DNA of 64,000 bases from Candidatus Bathyarchaeia archaeon (GCA_049512935.1 JBEKWR010000003.1:32001-96000); one strand, 5' to 3'. Shown: positions 18,695 through 28,208, counted from the first letter of the stretch. Notes: generated from the letters alone by a model not told the origin. A program made the numbers and translations.

Positions 18695-20014
18695 TTACAT
18701 TTTGCCCTTGCGTAAGTCCAGTACTCTTTTCGCTTTTCCTTCGGTTCTCGGAAGCTCGCCCGGTTTAACGATTTCTACGTCGGCATTTATGCCCGTTACG
18801 ATTTGGATTTGTTTTCCTATTCCCTTTTTCAGCGCTTCCTTGTCCATTTTCGGGTCCTTGGCGGCTTTCTCAGACAATTCAACCTTGACCGCAAACGTGT
18901 CTAATGCTCCTGGTCTATCGACCACAATCAGGTATTGAGTAGCAAGCTCCGAGAAGCACATGACCGCAAATTCCACCTGTGATGGGAACACGTTTACTCC
19001 GCGAATAATCAGCATGTCGTCTGATCTGCCGTGAATCCGCATCATTCTGGCATGGGTACGTCCGCAGGCGCATTTTTCCGTTTCTATTTTGGAGATGTCG
19101 CGGGTTCTGTACCTCAGCATCGGAAGCCCCATCTTCGTTAAGCCTGTGAATACTAATTCGCCTTCTTCGCCTGCAGGCAAAACCTCGCCTGTTTCAGAGT
19201 CGATTGTTTCAACGATGAAATGGTCTTCCCAAACGTGCAGTCCCTTATGCTCTGGGCATTCGACGGCGACTCCTGGACCGCAAAGCTCGGTTAACCCGTA
19301 AACGTCAAAAGCCTTAATCCCTAAATCCGCCTCTATTCTTTCCCGAATCTTGTCAGACCATGGTTCCGCCCCAAACATCCCTATTTTGAGTTTAAGGTCT
19401 TTTCTTGGGTCAACACCTTCCTGAACCATGGTTTCCCCAAGATAAACCGCGAAACTTGGAGTGCAAGCCAGAATCGTCACGCCTAAATCCTTCATGAGCT
19501 TGATTTGTCGCTGGGTCATTCCGCCGCTTGCTGGTACAATTTTGGCTCCGACTTTTTGGGCGCCGTAATGGAAACCGAAGCCGCCTGTGAATAAGCCGTA
19601 GCCGTATGCGATGTGTATTGTGTCTTGTTGTCTTCCGCCTGCGGTGTAGATTGATCGTGCCATAAGCTCTTGCCAAACGTCGATGTCATGCTGGGTGTAG
19701 GCTCCGACTATCGGGTTCCCAGTTGTGCCGCTTGAGGCGTGAATCTCCACGATTTCGTCGGGTTTGGCGGCAAGCATCCCGAAGGGGTAATTCTCTTTCA
19801 AATCATTCTTGACGGTGAACGGGATCTTTTTGAGGTCGTTGAGTGTGCGGATGGTTTCGGGTTTTACGTTTGCAGCGTCAAGTTTCTTCTTGTAAAACGC
19901 GCTGTTCTCGTAACAATGCTTTACCATTGTTTTCAACAATTTGAGTTGAAGGTTTTTCAGTTCTTTTTGAGGCATTGTTTCGATTTTTTGGTTCCAGTAT
20001 GTTCCGTCTGCCAT
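18695..20014 (-). CDS. paaK: Phenylacetate-CoA ligase
   Basis: HASSGTTGNP, YGYGLFTGG, GAEPWS, YGLTE, RYRTRD, GRSDDM. Confidence 0.95.
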   Translation of the reverse strand: MADGTYWNQKIETMPQKELKNLQLKLLKTMVKHCYENSAFYKKKLDAANVKPETIRTLNDLKKIPFTVKNDLKENYPFGMLAAKPDEIVEIHASSGTTGNPIVGAYTQHDIDVWQELMARSIYTAGGRQQDTIHIAYGYGLFTGGFGFHYGAQKVGAKIVPASGGMTQRQIKLMKDLGVTILACTPSFAVYLGETMVQEGVDPRKDLKLKIGMFGAEPWSDKIRERIEADLGIKAFDVYGLTELCGPGVAVECPEHKGLHVWEDHFIVETIDSETGEVLPAGEEGELVFTGLTKMGLPMLRYRTRDISKIETEKCACGRTHARMMRIHGRSDDMLIIRGVNVFPSQVEFAVMCFSELATQYLIVVDRPGALDTFAVKVELSEKAAKDPKMDKEALKKGIGKQIQIVTGINADVEIVKPGELPRTEGKAKRVLDLRKGKM

Positions 20015-20173
20015 TATGCAAACCCCTTTTTCTGGGTTCTTTGAGTACACCATTTCGTTTGACTATTAGATAAAAGTTCCCCAGTTTCCTCGGTTGAAAC
20101 GAATCTGCTGCATGAAGGAAAAGCTTCCGAAAAGGCGGTTTTTTCCGTTTTTTTGGCGTGAATAATTTTTTAA

Positions 20174-20301
20174 GTTGCGACTTTTGCTACGGGAAAGTTG
20201 CGACTTTCCGCCCCAGTTCTTTGTGTTTCGGGTTGCTTTTTTGGTTTGGAGCTTGAAGGCGTTTGAGCGTTGCGACTTTGGGATGGGCGGGTTGCGACTT
20301 T
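20174..20301. promoter_or_regulatory. Four GTTGCGACTTT direct repeats in a divergent intergenic region
   Basis: Copies at 20174, 20197, 20269 and 20291; AAAGTTGCGACTTT is quasi-palindromic. Confidence 0.65.
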
Positions 20302-20438
20302 CAATGTTGACCCAATGTTGACGGCATTGTCGGATATGGGCGCGGCGGGTTTTCCCGGCGGCAAGTTTCAGAATGTTACCTGCAATTCATAATTAATATA
20401 AATATTGTAACCGCTAATACAGCAAAGGCAAGGTTAGG

Positions 20439-21383
20439 ATGGCTATGAGCATTCAACAGATGATGCCCCAGTGTCCAGTGTGCGGTTCATCCAGCGGGTT
20501 TGAGCTTTCAGGGATGGTTGGAAAATTCGCGAAGTGCCCTCAGTGCCAGAGCAAATGGAAAATCCACACGGAAAAAGAGAAAATAATCGGCTTAACACTT
20601 CATGAACTGCCCAAAAACGGCTTTGCGCTCTACAAGGTTGAATCCACAAGCACGCCGCTGTTCCTTCAGATCGGCAAACCCATAGCCATAGGCTTCTGGC
20701 AAAACCTCAAGCTGGACGGCAAAATCGACTGGGACTTCATGTCAAAGTTGGTGGATCCAGCCATCTTAAACTGCGTGATACTTGACAAGGCGGAACTCGT
20801 CCTAAACAATTGGACGGGCACCCGCTTGATGCCAAACGACAAACGCTACGGTCCCGCAAGAAGTCAACCATACATCTTACAAAACGGCGAGCTTCTGCTA
20901 ACCAGTCGCAGGCTTATCTGGCTGGAAAGGCGGCAAATAGGCGTGTGGAAGCCGCAAATCAACTACCAAGTCGCCGTCGACATGCCGCTTGAAACCGTGA
21001 AAAGCGTGTCAGCGGAAATGGGGGACAGCGGAGACTGGGAGAAGATGAGAAAGGTTTCGATTGTAAGTGATGAGGGCGAAAAAACGTTCAACCTGCAAAA
21101 CGCCTTCCAAGAGCTGGTTAGGCCGATGGTTGAAAACGCCATTAAACAGCGCAGAGACGAGATGGAGGCAGAGAAGAAACGCGACAAGGTTCATGTGATG
21201 CTGGACTTCTCTTTTCTTAAGTCAGTCATGGAGAAGGGCGGCATGGTGATGCAGGTGCTCAAGTGCCCCGAATGCGGAGCCACAGTTGACTTCCCCAAGA
21301 GCGGCAACCAAACCGTTTGCACCCACTGCGGAAAAACCATCTACGCCCAAGACGTCTTCGAAAAAATAAAAGGGCTAATTTAG
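20439..21383 (+). CDS. Double zinc-ribbon protein with a central PH-like domain
   Basis: CPVCG/CPQC at the N-terminus, CPECG/CTHCG at the C-terminus, GELLLTSRRLIW. Confidence 0.75.
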   Translation: MAMSIQQMMPQCPVCGSSSGFELSGMVGKFAKCPQCQSKWKIHTEKEKIIGLTLHELPKNGFALYKVESTSTPLFLQIGKPIAIGFWQNLKLDGKIDWDFMSKLVDPAILNCVILDKAELVLNNWTGTRLMPNDKRYGPARSQPYILQNGELLLTSRRLIWLERRQIGVWKPQINYQVAVDMPLETVKSVSAEMGDSGDWEKMRKVSIVSDEGEKTFNLQNAFQELVRPMVENAIKQRRDEMEAEKKRDKVHVMLDFSFLKSVMEKGGMVMQVLKCPECGATVDFPKSGNQTVCTHCGKTIYAQDVFEKIKGLI

Positions 21384-21425
21384 CAGCTGCCGATGAAATA
21401 ATGCGGTGAGCAAGAAAATTGGTTC

Positions 21426-22088
21426 TTAAGGTCGGGCGGAACGGAAGATTCTCCGTTTTATGAGTCTGTATTGGCGTTGCAGAGTCAACGTGAAGGGTAT
21501 AGGTTGACCTAGAGGCTGGCAGCGCCCGTTTACGATTGCTTTAATTATCGCGTCAACCGATGGCTCACAATCTACTGCCGTGTAGCCGTAACCGATTGTT
21601 GGACCGTAGTGCGCGTCAGTTCCGCCTACACAGGGCAGGTTGAGCTTCTGCGCTATTTCCGTTGCCTTGCGTTTGCAACGGTTAAACGGGAAAGCATTAG
21701 CATTCAGCGTTTCCACGGCGTCAAATTTTGCTTCTTCAACGTGGCTTTTTAAGCTGCCTTTAAACCAAGCGTAAGGGTGAACTGCAACGGCGATTCCTCC
21801 TGCCGCATGGATTCGCTCAACCGTTTCCTTGGCGCTCAAGCCCCGGGGAATTAGCTCTTTAAGGTTTAATGCGACAATATGGCCGTCTCCGCTGGAAACC
21901 TCCATGCCTGGAATAATCAGAAAATCAGCTTCCTTGGCAATTTTCAGGCTGCCTTCAATCTGGTTATGATCTGTCACGGCGACAGCAGTTAAACCGCGTT
22001 TTTTGGCGTAGTAAACGAGGTCTTTGGGGGTTATCAGGGAATCTTTTGAGTAGTTGCTGTGAACGTGAAGGTCAGCGTTTACTTGCAT
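21426..22088 (-). CDS. PHP-domain phosphoesterase
   Basis: DLHVHS, TDHN, PGMEV, HPY, GGTDAH. Confidence 0.92.
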   Translation of the reverse strand: MQVNADLHVHSNYSKDSLITPKDLVYYAKKRGLTAVAVTDHNQIEGSLKIAKEADFLIIPGMEVSSGDGHIVALNLKELIPRGLSAKETVERIHAAGGIAVAVHPYAWFKGSLKSHVEEAKFDAVETLNANAFPFNRCKRKATEIAQKLNLPCVGGTDAHYGPTIGYGYTAVDCEPSVDAIIKAIVNGRCQPLGQPIPFTLTLQRQYRLIKRRIFRSARP

Positions 22089-22102
22089 GGGTTTAGCCTC
22101 AC

Positions 22103-23803
22103 TTATTTCGGCTGACTCGCCAGTTTCTTTCGAACCTCAGACAACTGTTCTTCCAGCTTTGACTCATCAGCGTCTATTTTGTGGAACAAGGGTTTAGGTT
22201 TGGCTATTTTGTGTCCAGCTTCAATGGGTTTTGAGGCTTCACTCCAGCTGCTTTTGCTTACGTTTCCGGGAAGGTTGAGTGTTTGCCAAAGTTGCTCTGC
22301 CGTATCCGGGATAAATGGCGCTGAAACAACTGCGGCGGCTTTAACCACTTGGGCGGCAACGTAAAAGATGGTTCCAGCCTTTTCCCTGTCGGTTTTCATC
22401 AGGTTCCATGGTTCCTTATCGTTGAGGTACTGGTTTCCGATTCGGCTTATCGCGATAAGCGTGTTTGCTGCGGATAGGAGTTTTGAGGCTTCGATTTCTT
22501 GGGCGGCGGCATCCACTTTTTCCCCGATTGCCTGCAGAATTGCCTGGTCGTCTTTGTCAAGCTTTGTCGGCGCTGGGACTGTGGAGTCGAATTTTGAGGC
22601 GATGAAGCTTAGGGTTCGGTGGATGAAGTTGCCGAAGGTGTCGTTTAGGTCGGCGTTGATTTTGTCGGTGAAGGCGCCCCACGTGAAGTTAGTGTCTTTG
22701 CTTTCGGGTCTTGTGGCGATGAGGAAGAAGCGCCAGTAATCAACTGGAAACATGTCTAAGGCTTCGTCTATCCAGATGCCTACGCGCTGGCTTTTTGACG
22801 CTTTTTGCCCTTTGAACTGGAGGAACTCGGTGGCGGAGACGTTCCACGGCAGGTTGTAGTCTTCGCCTGAAGCCAGCAGCAGCGCGGGGAGGATTATCGT
22901 GTGGAAGGGGATGTTGTCTTTGCCGACGAAGTACAGGGTTTTGGCTTGCTTGTCGAACCAGAACTCCCGCCATTTCTCAGGCTGCCCCAGACGTTGGCAT
23001 TGTTCGATTGTCGCTGAGATGTAGCCTAAGACCGCGTCGACCCAGACGTAGATTGTTTTGCCTTCCGCCCCCTTGAACGGCGCGGGTATGCCCCATTCGA
23101 CGTCGCGGGTGACGGCTCGGGGTTTCAAGCCTTCGCGTATCCAGTTCAGGCTGAAGGTTTTGACGTTGCTTGGAAGCTGCTGGTTGCCCTGCAGGTACTC
23201 TGTGAGGGGTTTGGCAAGTTTCGAGAGGTCGATGTACCAGTGCTTGGTGGTTTTCACGGTTGGCTTGTTCTTGCAGATAACGCAGTACGGGTCCACAAGC
23301 ATGGTTGGCTCCAGCAGCCTGCCGCACATGTCGCATTGGTCGCCGCGGGCTTTTTCGCAGCCGCAGTATGGGCATTTGCCTTCCACGAAGCGGTCAGGCA
23401 GGAAGCGCTGGTCATGCTCGCAGTAGAGCATCTGGGTTTCCTGCTCGAAGATGTACCCGTTTTTTTGGATTTCAAGCAGGGTCTTCTGAACGAACTCCTT
23501 GTGCACGGGGCTCTCTGTGCTTGTGTAATTGTCAAACGACGCGTTCCAGCGGCGGAACAGCTCGGCGACGCGGGCGTGGTTGCGGTCGGTCAGCTCCTTG
23601 GGCGTGATGCCCTGCCTTATGGCTTCAACCTCTATGGGTGTGCCGTGCGTGTCGGAGCCGCTGACCATCAGCACATCGTCGCCTTTTAGCCTGTAGTAGC
23701 GGGCTGTAACGTCAGCGGAAAGGATTGACCCGACGAGGTTGCCAAGGTGTGGCGTCACGTTGATGTACGGCCAAGCCGAAGTAACTAAGACGTTCTGGGG
23801 CAA
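22103..23803 (-). CDS. metG: Methionine-tRNA ligase (no C-terminal tRNA-binding domain)
   Basis: PYIN..PHLGN, Zn knuckles, YVWVDA, GKDNIPFH, KASKS. Confidence 0.97.
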   Translation of the reverse strand: MPQNVLVTSAWPYINVTPHLGNLVGSILSADVTARYYRLKGDDVLMVSGSDTHGTPIEVEAIRQGITPKELTDRNHARVAELFRRWNASFDNYTSTESPVHKEFVQKTLLEIQKNGYIFEQETQMLYCEHDQRFLPDRFVEGKCPYCGCEKARGDQCDMCGRLLEPTMLVDPYCVICKNKPTVKTTKHWYIDLSKLAKPLTEYLQGNQQLPSNVKTFSLNWIREGLKPRAVTRDVEWGIPAPFKGAEGKTIYVWVDAVLGYISATIEQCQRLGQPEKWREFWFDKQAKTLYFVGKDNIPFHTIILPALLLASGEDYNLPWNVSATEFLQFKGQKASKSQRVGIWIDEALDMFPVDYWRFFLIATRPESKDTNFTWGAFTDKINADLNDTFGNFIHRTLSFIASKFDSTVPAPTKLDKDDQAILQAIGEKVDAAAQEIEASKLLSAANTLIAISRIGNQYLNDKEPWNLMKTDREKAGTIFYVAAQVVKAAAVVSAPFIPDTAEQLWQTLNLPGNVSKSSWSEASKPIEAGHKIAKPKPLFHKIDADESKLEEQLSEVRKKLASQPK

Positions 23804-23938
23804 ATCATATCACAACAAACCGTTTAGACGCGTCCCTAATTAAAATTGCTAACCCTTAAGCAACGGCGGGTCAGGAGAGAGAACGCTTTAAAATCGTTAA
23901 CAAAAACGGCTGCTGCGAAATTGACGATAATCATTAGT

Positions 23939-24257
23939 AGCGGTGGACCGCTGTGGTTTGACGTCTAGACTCCGCCTGTCGCTTCAAACCCTACGCTCTT
24001 ACCCGCATCCCCTTGAGCGCACGGCGTCCAAACTTAGGTTGCTCTCTCCCGAGCCTAGCCGGGTTCGCCTGGTGAACAATGAAACAGCTCCCCTACGGAA
24101 GCTGCCCACAGACCGCCAGCCCCAAAGGACGGATAGTCAATGTTTCGGAAAGGAAGATCCAAGCGGCCTTTTACGCCTCATCCACAGGTGTCAGCCCGTC
24201 GTATAGAGGGTTTACGGTTTCAATGGACCCCTACCCCACCGCCTAAGATCCACCGCC
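23939..24257 (-). ncRNA. ffs: Archaeal SRP RNA
   Basis: About 320 nt; 5' GCGGTGGA pairs with 3' TCCACCGC; helix-6-like CAGCTTCC-GTAG-GGGAGCTG; helix 8 GGCTAGGCTC-GGGA-GAGAGCAACC (24037-24060). Confidence 0.88.
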
Positions 24258-24395
24258 GAAGGGTTAATGGCGCATGATGATGTTTAAAAGTTTCGCAGTG
24301 GAGGGCTGGTTTTGGCGGGTGCTGGCGGGGTGGATTTTGGTTTTTTGTGTTTTGGGTTGTTTTTTTGGTTTGGGGTTTGAGGTGTTGGTGGGTTG

Positions 24396-24451
24396 CGACC
24401 CAATACGACCCATTTCGACCCATTTCGACCCTTAGCGACCCTGCGCGACCC
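24396..24451 (+). repeat. Six CGACCC hexamers at 10-bp period
   Basis: Copies at 24396, 24406, 24416, 24426, 24436 and 24446. Confidence 0.85.
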
Positions 24452-24508
24452 AAGCCGTCTTTTTCCGACTCTAAACGCTTAAGTGCCTGGGCGGCAGCAA
24501 CAGTCTAT

Positions 24509-24787
24509 ATGCCGCTGACTGAGAAAGTGACTTTTACAGCGCCTCTTCAAAGCGGCCGCAAAGTTCAGGTTCCCAAGCTGATTCGATGGCGCTTCAAAAT
24601 GGACAGCAGCCAAGCGCTCAAAGTCGGCGTGAACTTTCTGGACCTGCACAAAGGCTGGCAGTTCTTCTACGCAAAAATCCGCAGCGACGGACGCCTAACC
24701 ATCCCCAAACTCGTGCTCAACCTTTACGGGAACGAAGGGGCAAGCCTGACAGGCTACGTGCTGGAAATAACGCTTGAACCCGCATAA
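24509..24787 (+). CDS. Tandem AbrB/SpoVT-like small DNA-binding protein
   Basis: ATG 24509; two swapped-hairpin motifs LQSGRKVQVPKLIR and IRSDGRLTIPKLV. Confidence 0.7.
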   Translation: MPLTEKVTFTAPLQSGRKVQVPKLIRWRFKMDSSQALKVGVNFLDLHKGWQFFYAKIRSDGRLTIPKLVLNLYGNEGASLTGYVLEITLEPA

Positions 24788-24957
24788 ACTGTGATGCGAT
24801 AACATGAAAAGCGATCATTATTGGGTGCGCTGTTCAAAATTGCCGAATTATTTAAGAGCAAAAAGGTTCACCAAAAGGTTATGAAAACCCTTACTTGCAT
24901 CCATGCTGCGAGCATGTCGGCTAACATCGGCGGGCAGTTTAATGGTGAGGTGAAAGA

Positions 24958-26085
24958 ATGAAGTACGGAACAACAAGGAATTTGAAAGTTGTCTGTATCT
25001 TTCTATCCCTCTTCTTCCTGTTCTGTGCTTTCGCGTTAACTCAGCCAGTTCGAGCTATGGCGGTGACGGCGACGGTAGCCGTCGGAAGCGAGCCGTACGG
25101 TGTTGCTGTAACTCCCAACGGTGCATATGCATATGTGACAAATATTAACGGCGGTTCGGTCTCGGTGATGAGCACTTCTTCGAATACGGTGACGGCGACG
25201 ATAACCGTTGGAGAGGGTCCGTGCGGTGTGGCTGTAACTCCTAATGGTGCATATGTTTACGTCACAAATAACGTCGCGGATTCGGTGTCGGTTATCAGCA
25301 CTTCTTCTAACAATGTGACAGCGACGATAACCGTGGGGAGCCTGCCTTACGATGTGGCTTTTACGCCTAACGGCGAATACGCCTATGTCACAAATAGCGG
25401 CGGTAATTCGGTTTCGGTGATAAACACTTCTTCGAACACTGTGACGACGAATGTAACCGTTGGAAACTCTCCTCAGGATGTAGCTATAACGCCCAACGGA
25501 GCATACGCCTACGTTACAAATAATGTTCCCCACGGAACGGTCTCAGTGATTAGCACGTCTTCTAACACTGTGATTGCAACAGTACCTGTTGGAAATAATC
25601 CTTACGGTGTTGCCATAACGCCCAGCGGCGCCTACGCCTATGTAACAAATAACCTCGGCGAATCGGTTTCGGTGATAAACACCTCTTCTAACACCGTGAC
25701 GGCAACAGTTCCCGTTGGAAGCTATCCTGAGAGTGTGGCTATTACACCTGACGGCACATATGCCTACGTTGCAAACTACGCCAGCAGTACGGTCTCGGTG
25801 ATAAACACAGCTACAAACACGGTGACAGCGACTGTAACCGTTGGCAAAAGTCCTTACGTTGGAAGTGCCCCCGAGGGCGTGGCTGTAACGCCTAACGGCG
25901 CCTCTGCCTACGTTACAGTTGCAGGCAACGATTCAGTCTCGGTAATAAGCACGGCTACGAAAACGGGCTTTAGTTTAGTCGACTGGACCTTATTGATAAT
26001 TGTTATCGCCATAGCGCTATTCCTCATAATCCTATCGTGGTACAGACGCCTCAAGAAAAAGACTCAACAAACCCAAACAACGTAA
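24958..26085 (+). CDS. Surface YVTN/YncE beta-propeller protein
   Basis: Signal peptide, seven ~42-aa VG..PYGVAVTPNGAYAYVTN repeats, C-terminal TM + basic tail. Confidence 0.92.
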   Translation: MKYGTTRNLKVVCIFLSLFFLFCAFALTQPVRAMAVTATVAVGSEPYGVAVTPNGAYAYVTNINGGSVSVMSTSSNTVTATITVGEGPCGVAVTPNGAYVYVTNNVADSVSVISTSSNNVTATITVGSLPYDVAFTPNGEYAYVTNSGGNSVSVINTSSNTVTTNVTVGNSPQDVAITPNGAYAYVTNNVPHGTVSVISTSSNTVIATVPVGNNPYGVAITPSGAYAYVTNNLGESVSVINTSSNTVTATVPVGSYPESVAITPDGTYAYVANYASSTVSVINTATNTVTATVTVGKSPYVGSAPEGVAVTPNGASAYVTVAGNDSVSVISTATKTGFSLVDWTLLIIVIAIALFLIILSWYRRLKKKTQQTQTT

Positions 26086-26369
26086 AAGTATAATCAGCCA
26101 TTCCCTTTTTTAACTCACACGATTCCCTTTAAAGCCCCACGGAGAAAACTGGAAAAGAGATATGAGCTTCGCTGAGGGTTTTAGTAGATCTAATCCATTT
26201 CCAGTTTCTGTTTTCCACACTCTCAACTAAGGTTAGGAATGTGTAGTGCTCTTCAAAGCCAGAGCTGTTTGGGGTTGTGCTTTTTTGGTTTAGTGCTTGC
26301 TGCTTTTGCAGTTTTGAACCAGGCTGGCCATTGAAACTGTGAGCTGCTTAGTCAACGGCAAGTTTTTAA

Positions 26370-26960
26370 TTGCTACCCAATCAAATAGGCTTGAAGGCTC
26401 CAGAGTTGCCCGTCCGCATCATAATCGTTGGTCCACCCCATTCAGGCAAAAGCACTCTCGCAGAAAACCTAGCAAAGGCAATGCTGAAGCTTGGCGTCGA
26501 CGCCTACGCCGAAGACTTGGATTTAGCAAGCCCCACACTTGACTTCATACGGGGCAAAGTGGGGTGGGAGCGGCGGCTAACCGCGAAGAAGCCGTGGACC
26601 ATGGATTTAGCTAAAGAGGCGGCATCCATCTTCCTGAAAGCTTCAGAAAAACACACGGTTGTCATCGGCGACGCTCCTGGAAAAATATCCGCTGAATCAG
26701 AGGAAATCGCGAAAGCCGCAACACATGGCATAATTCTCTGTCGAGAGGACTCAACGGCTGAAATCGCAAAATGGAGGGAGCTACTCACAAAGCTTGGGGT
26801 GGAAACCGTTTGCGTTGCTGTCTCAAAAATCAGCGGCGACGGCAACGTGAAATCCAACGGGTTAATTGAGGCAACCCTTGCTGGCTTAGACAGAAAGACC
26901 CGAGATGACCCCGCCATCACCAGCCTTGCTCTGCTGCTTAAAGGAAAACTTGGCGTCTAA
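26370..26960 (+). CDS. Small P-loop NTPase resembling the Csx3-associated ATPase domain
   Basis: IIIVGPPHSGKST, VIGDAPGKIS, ATHGIIL, KW..L. Confidence 0.7.
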   Translation: MLPNQIGLKAPELPVRIIIVGPPHSGKSTLAENLAKAMLKLGVDAYAEDLDLASPTLDFIRGKVGWERRLTAKKPWTMDLAKEAASIFLKASEKHTVVIGDAPGKISAESEEIAKAATHGIILCREDSTAEIAKWRELLTKLGVETVCVAVSKISGDGNVKSNGLIEATLAGLDRKTRDDPAITSLALLLKGKLGV

Positions 26961-27592
26961 TGCTTGAGTTCTTCTACCGCTAACTTTACTTGGTCCAGGT
27001 CATTTTCCCGATTGTCAAGCCTAACAGTAATTGTGAAATCCAGTTTTCTTCCCGTCTCAGCAAGCACCTCAACAGCTTCCGCATTATCTTTTAACCCATG
27101 TCTCGTAGGCGCCTTAAAGACGCCCAGGGAATCCAAATCGCCTTCTGCATCAATGTAGGCGTCCAAGTGCTGGCTCTTCAGCTTTCCTGCGGCTTTAACC
27201 AGTCTCTCATAATCTAATTTTGAGTTGATGTCGGTGAAGCGGCGGGAAACAGTTACGTACGCTGGCTCCAGACCCTGCGTTGACTGAGTGCAACCTAACG
27301 TAAGGCTGCCTAAAACCGCGTTTAGTACCCGAATGCCCCCAACAACTTTGTCGTACTCGACTTCCAGACTTTTTTTTGCAAACTCCTGTATGCCCTCACA
27401 GGTGAAGTTGAAGAGGTTCTTGGTTAAAACGGCTACGAGGTTTCCTTTTTGGTCTACTTCTAACTCAAAATTGACTTTTTCGCCGGGCTTGAAGTATTTG
27501 CTGGGCAAATAGAGGATCGGCGAGTTTCCTCCTTTGCTGATGCAACGTTCTTCTTTCTGGATTATTGAAGCTGTTTTCGCCATTTTGCTCAA
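26957..27592 (-). CDS. Hypothetical protein with an N-terminal AbrB-like domain
   Basis: ISKGGNSPILYLPSKYFKPGEKVNF swapped-hairpin pattern; stop overlaps the NTPase stop. Confidence 0.65.
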   Translation of the reverse strand: MSKMAKTASIIQKEERCISKGGNSPILYLPSKYFKPGEKVNFELEVDQKGNLVAVLTKNLFNFTCEGIQEFAKKSLEVEYDKVVGGIRVLNAVLGSLTLGCTQSTQGLEPAYVTVSRRFTDINSKLDYERLVKAAGKLKSQHLDAYIDAEGDLDSLGVFKAPTRHGLKDNAEAVEVLAETGRKLDFTITVRLDNRENDLDQVKLAVEELKH

Positions 27593-27611
27593 ACTCCCAC
27601 ACTACCACAAT

Positions 27612-27632
27612 TCACTACTCATCAAGTAGTGA
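27612..27632. promoter_or_regulatory. Inverted-repeat operator upstream of the AbrB-like gene
   Basis: TCACTACT-CATCA-AGTAGTGA, adjacent to minus-strand TATA-like TTAAATAT. Confidence 0.55.
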
Positions 27633-27961
27633 TATTTAACTGTTTAGCACCCTCTTAAAGATTGTCGCCACAAGATAATCATCTTGGTATTCTGCAGAAA
27701 TAATGTGCATGAAAATGCAAGTTGAAAATCATCCAACTGTCCTACAATCTACTGTTCTTACTCTTGGCTTCCATAGTTGCAAGCCGTCTGCCCCAGCAAA
27801 CAATGTTCGTTCTTTCTATGGTATCGGTGGGTAAGATAATGTATGTGTTAATTGAAAGATTAAAACGTACATTTCATTTGGATTACAAGCCTGCATTTTG
27901 AGACATCACTTACGCAAAGCTATAATATTGTGTATAATACACCTTATTGGGCTGATTGAAC

Positions 27962-28063
27962 TTGGAAAAAAAGGTTGATAGTACAGATTTATGTCCTTAC
28001 TGCGGAAAAAAACTATGTAACAGTAAATGGTTTTGCCCACACTGCGGGAAAAAAATATCTTAA
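27962..28063 (+). CDS. 33-aa CPxCG zinc-finger microprotein
   Basis: TTG start; MEKKVDSTDLCPYCGKKLCNSKWFCPHCGKKIS*; below the ORF-track cutoff. Confidence 0.6.
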   Translation: MEKKVDSTDLCPYCGKKLCNSKWFCPHCGKKIS

Positions 28064-28208
28064 CTCTGTAAGTTATCGACCTTTAAAATTTAGTCCAACC
28101 GAACATAAGAATTAGAAAAAATTAGACCTTTTGAAGAAGATAAAGAACAAACGTTAACGCCAGCCTTGAACACCCAGCGCACACTCATTTCTTTTCTGCT
28201 GATAGCTA

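Noticed and set aside
22103-23803. MetRS lacking the C-terminal tRNA-binding domain as a novelty
   Set aside because: Short MetRS forms are well known in archaea and bacteria
24396-24451. Possible CRISPR mini-array
   Set aside because: 6-bp repeats with 4-bp spacers are far too short; no cas genes in the window
24347-24508. N-terminal extension of the 146-aa ORF
   Set aside because: Translation of the TG-rich tract and repeats; ATG 24509 gives the coherent domain
25060-25960. ~126-bp DNA repeats as DGR template/variable repeats
   Set aside because: Explained by YVTN propeller blades; no reverse transcriptase in the window
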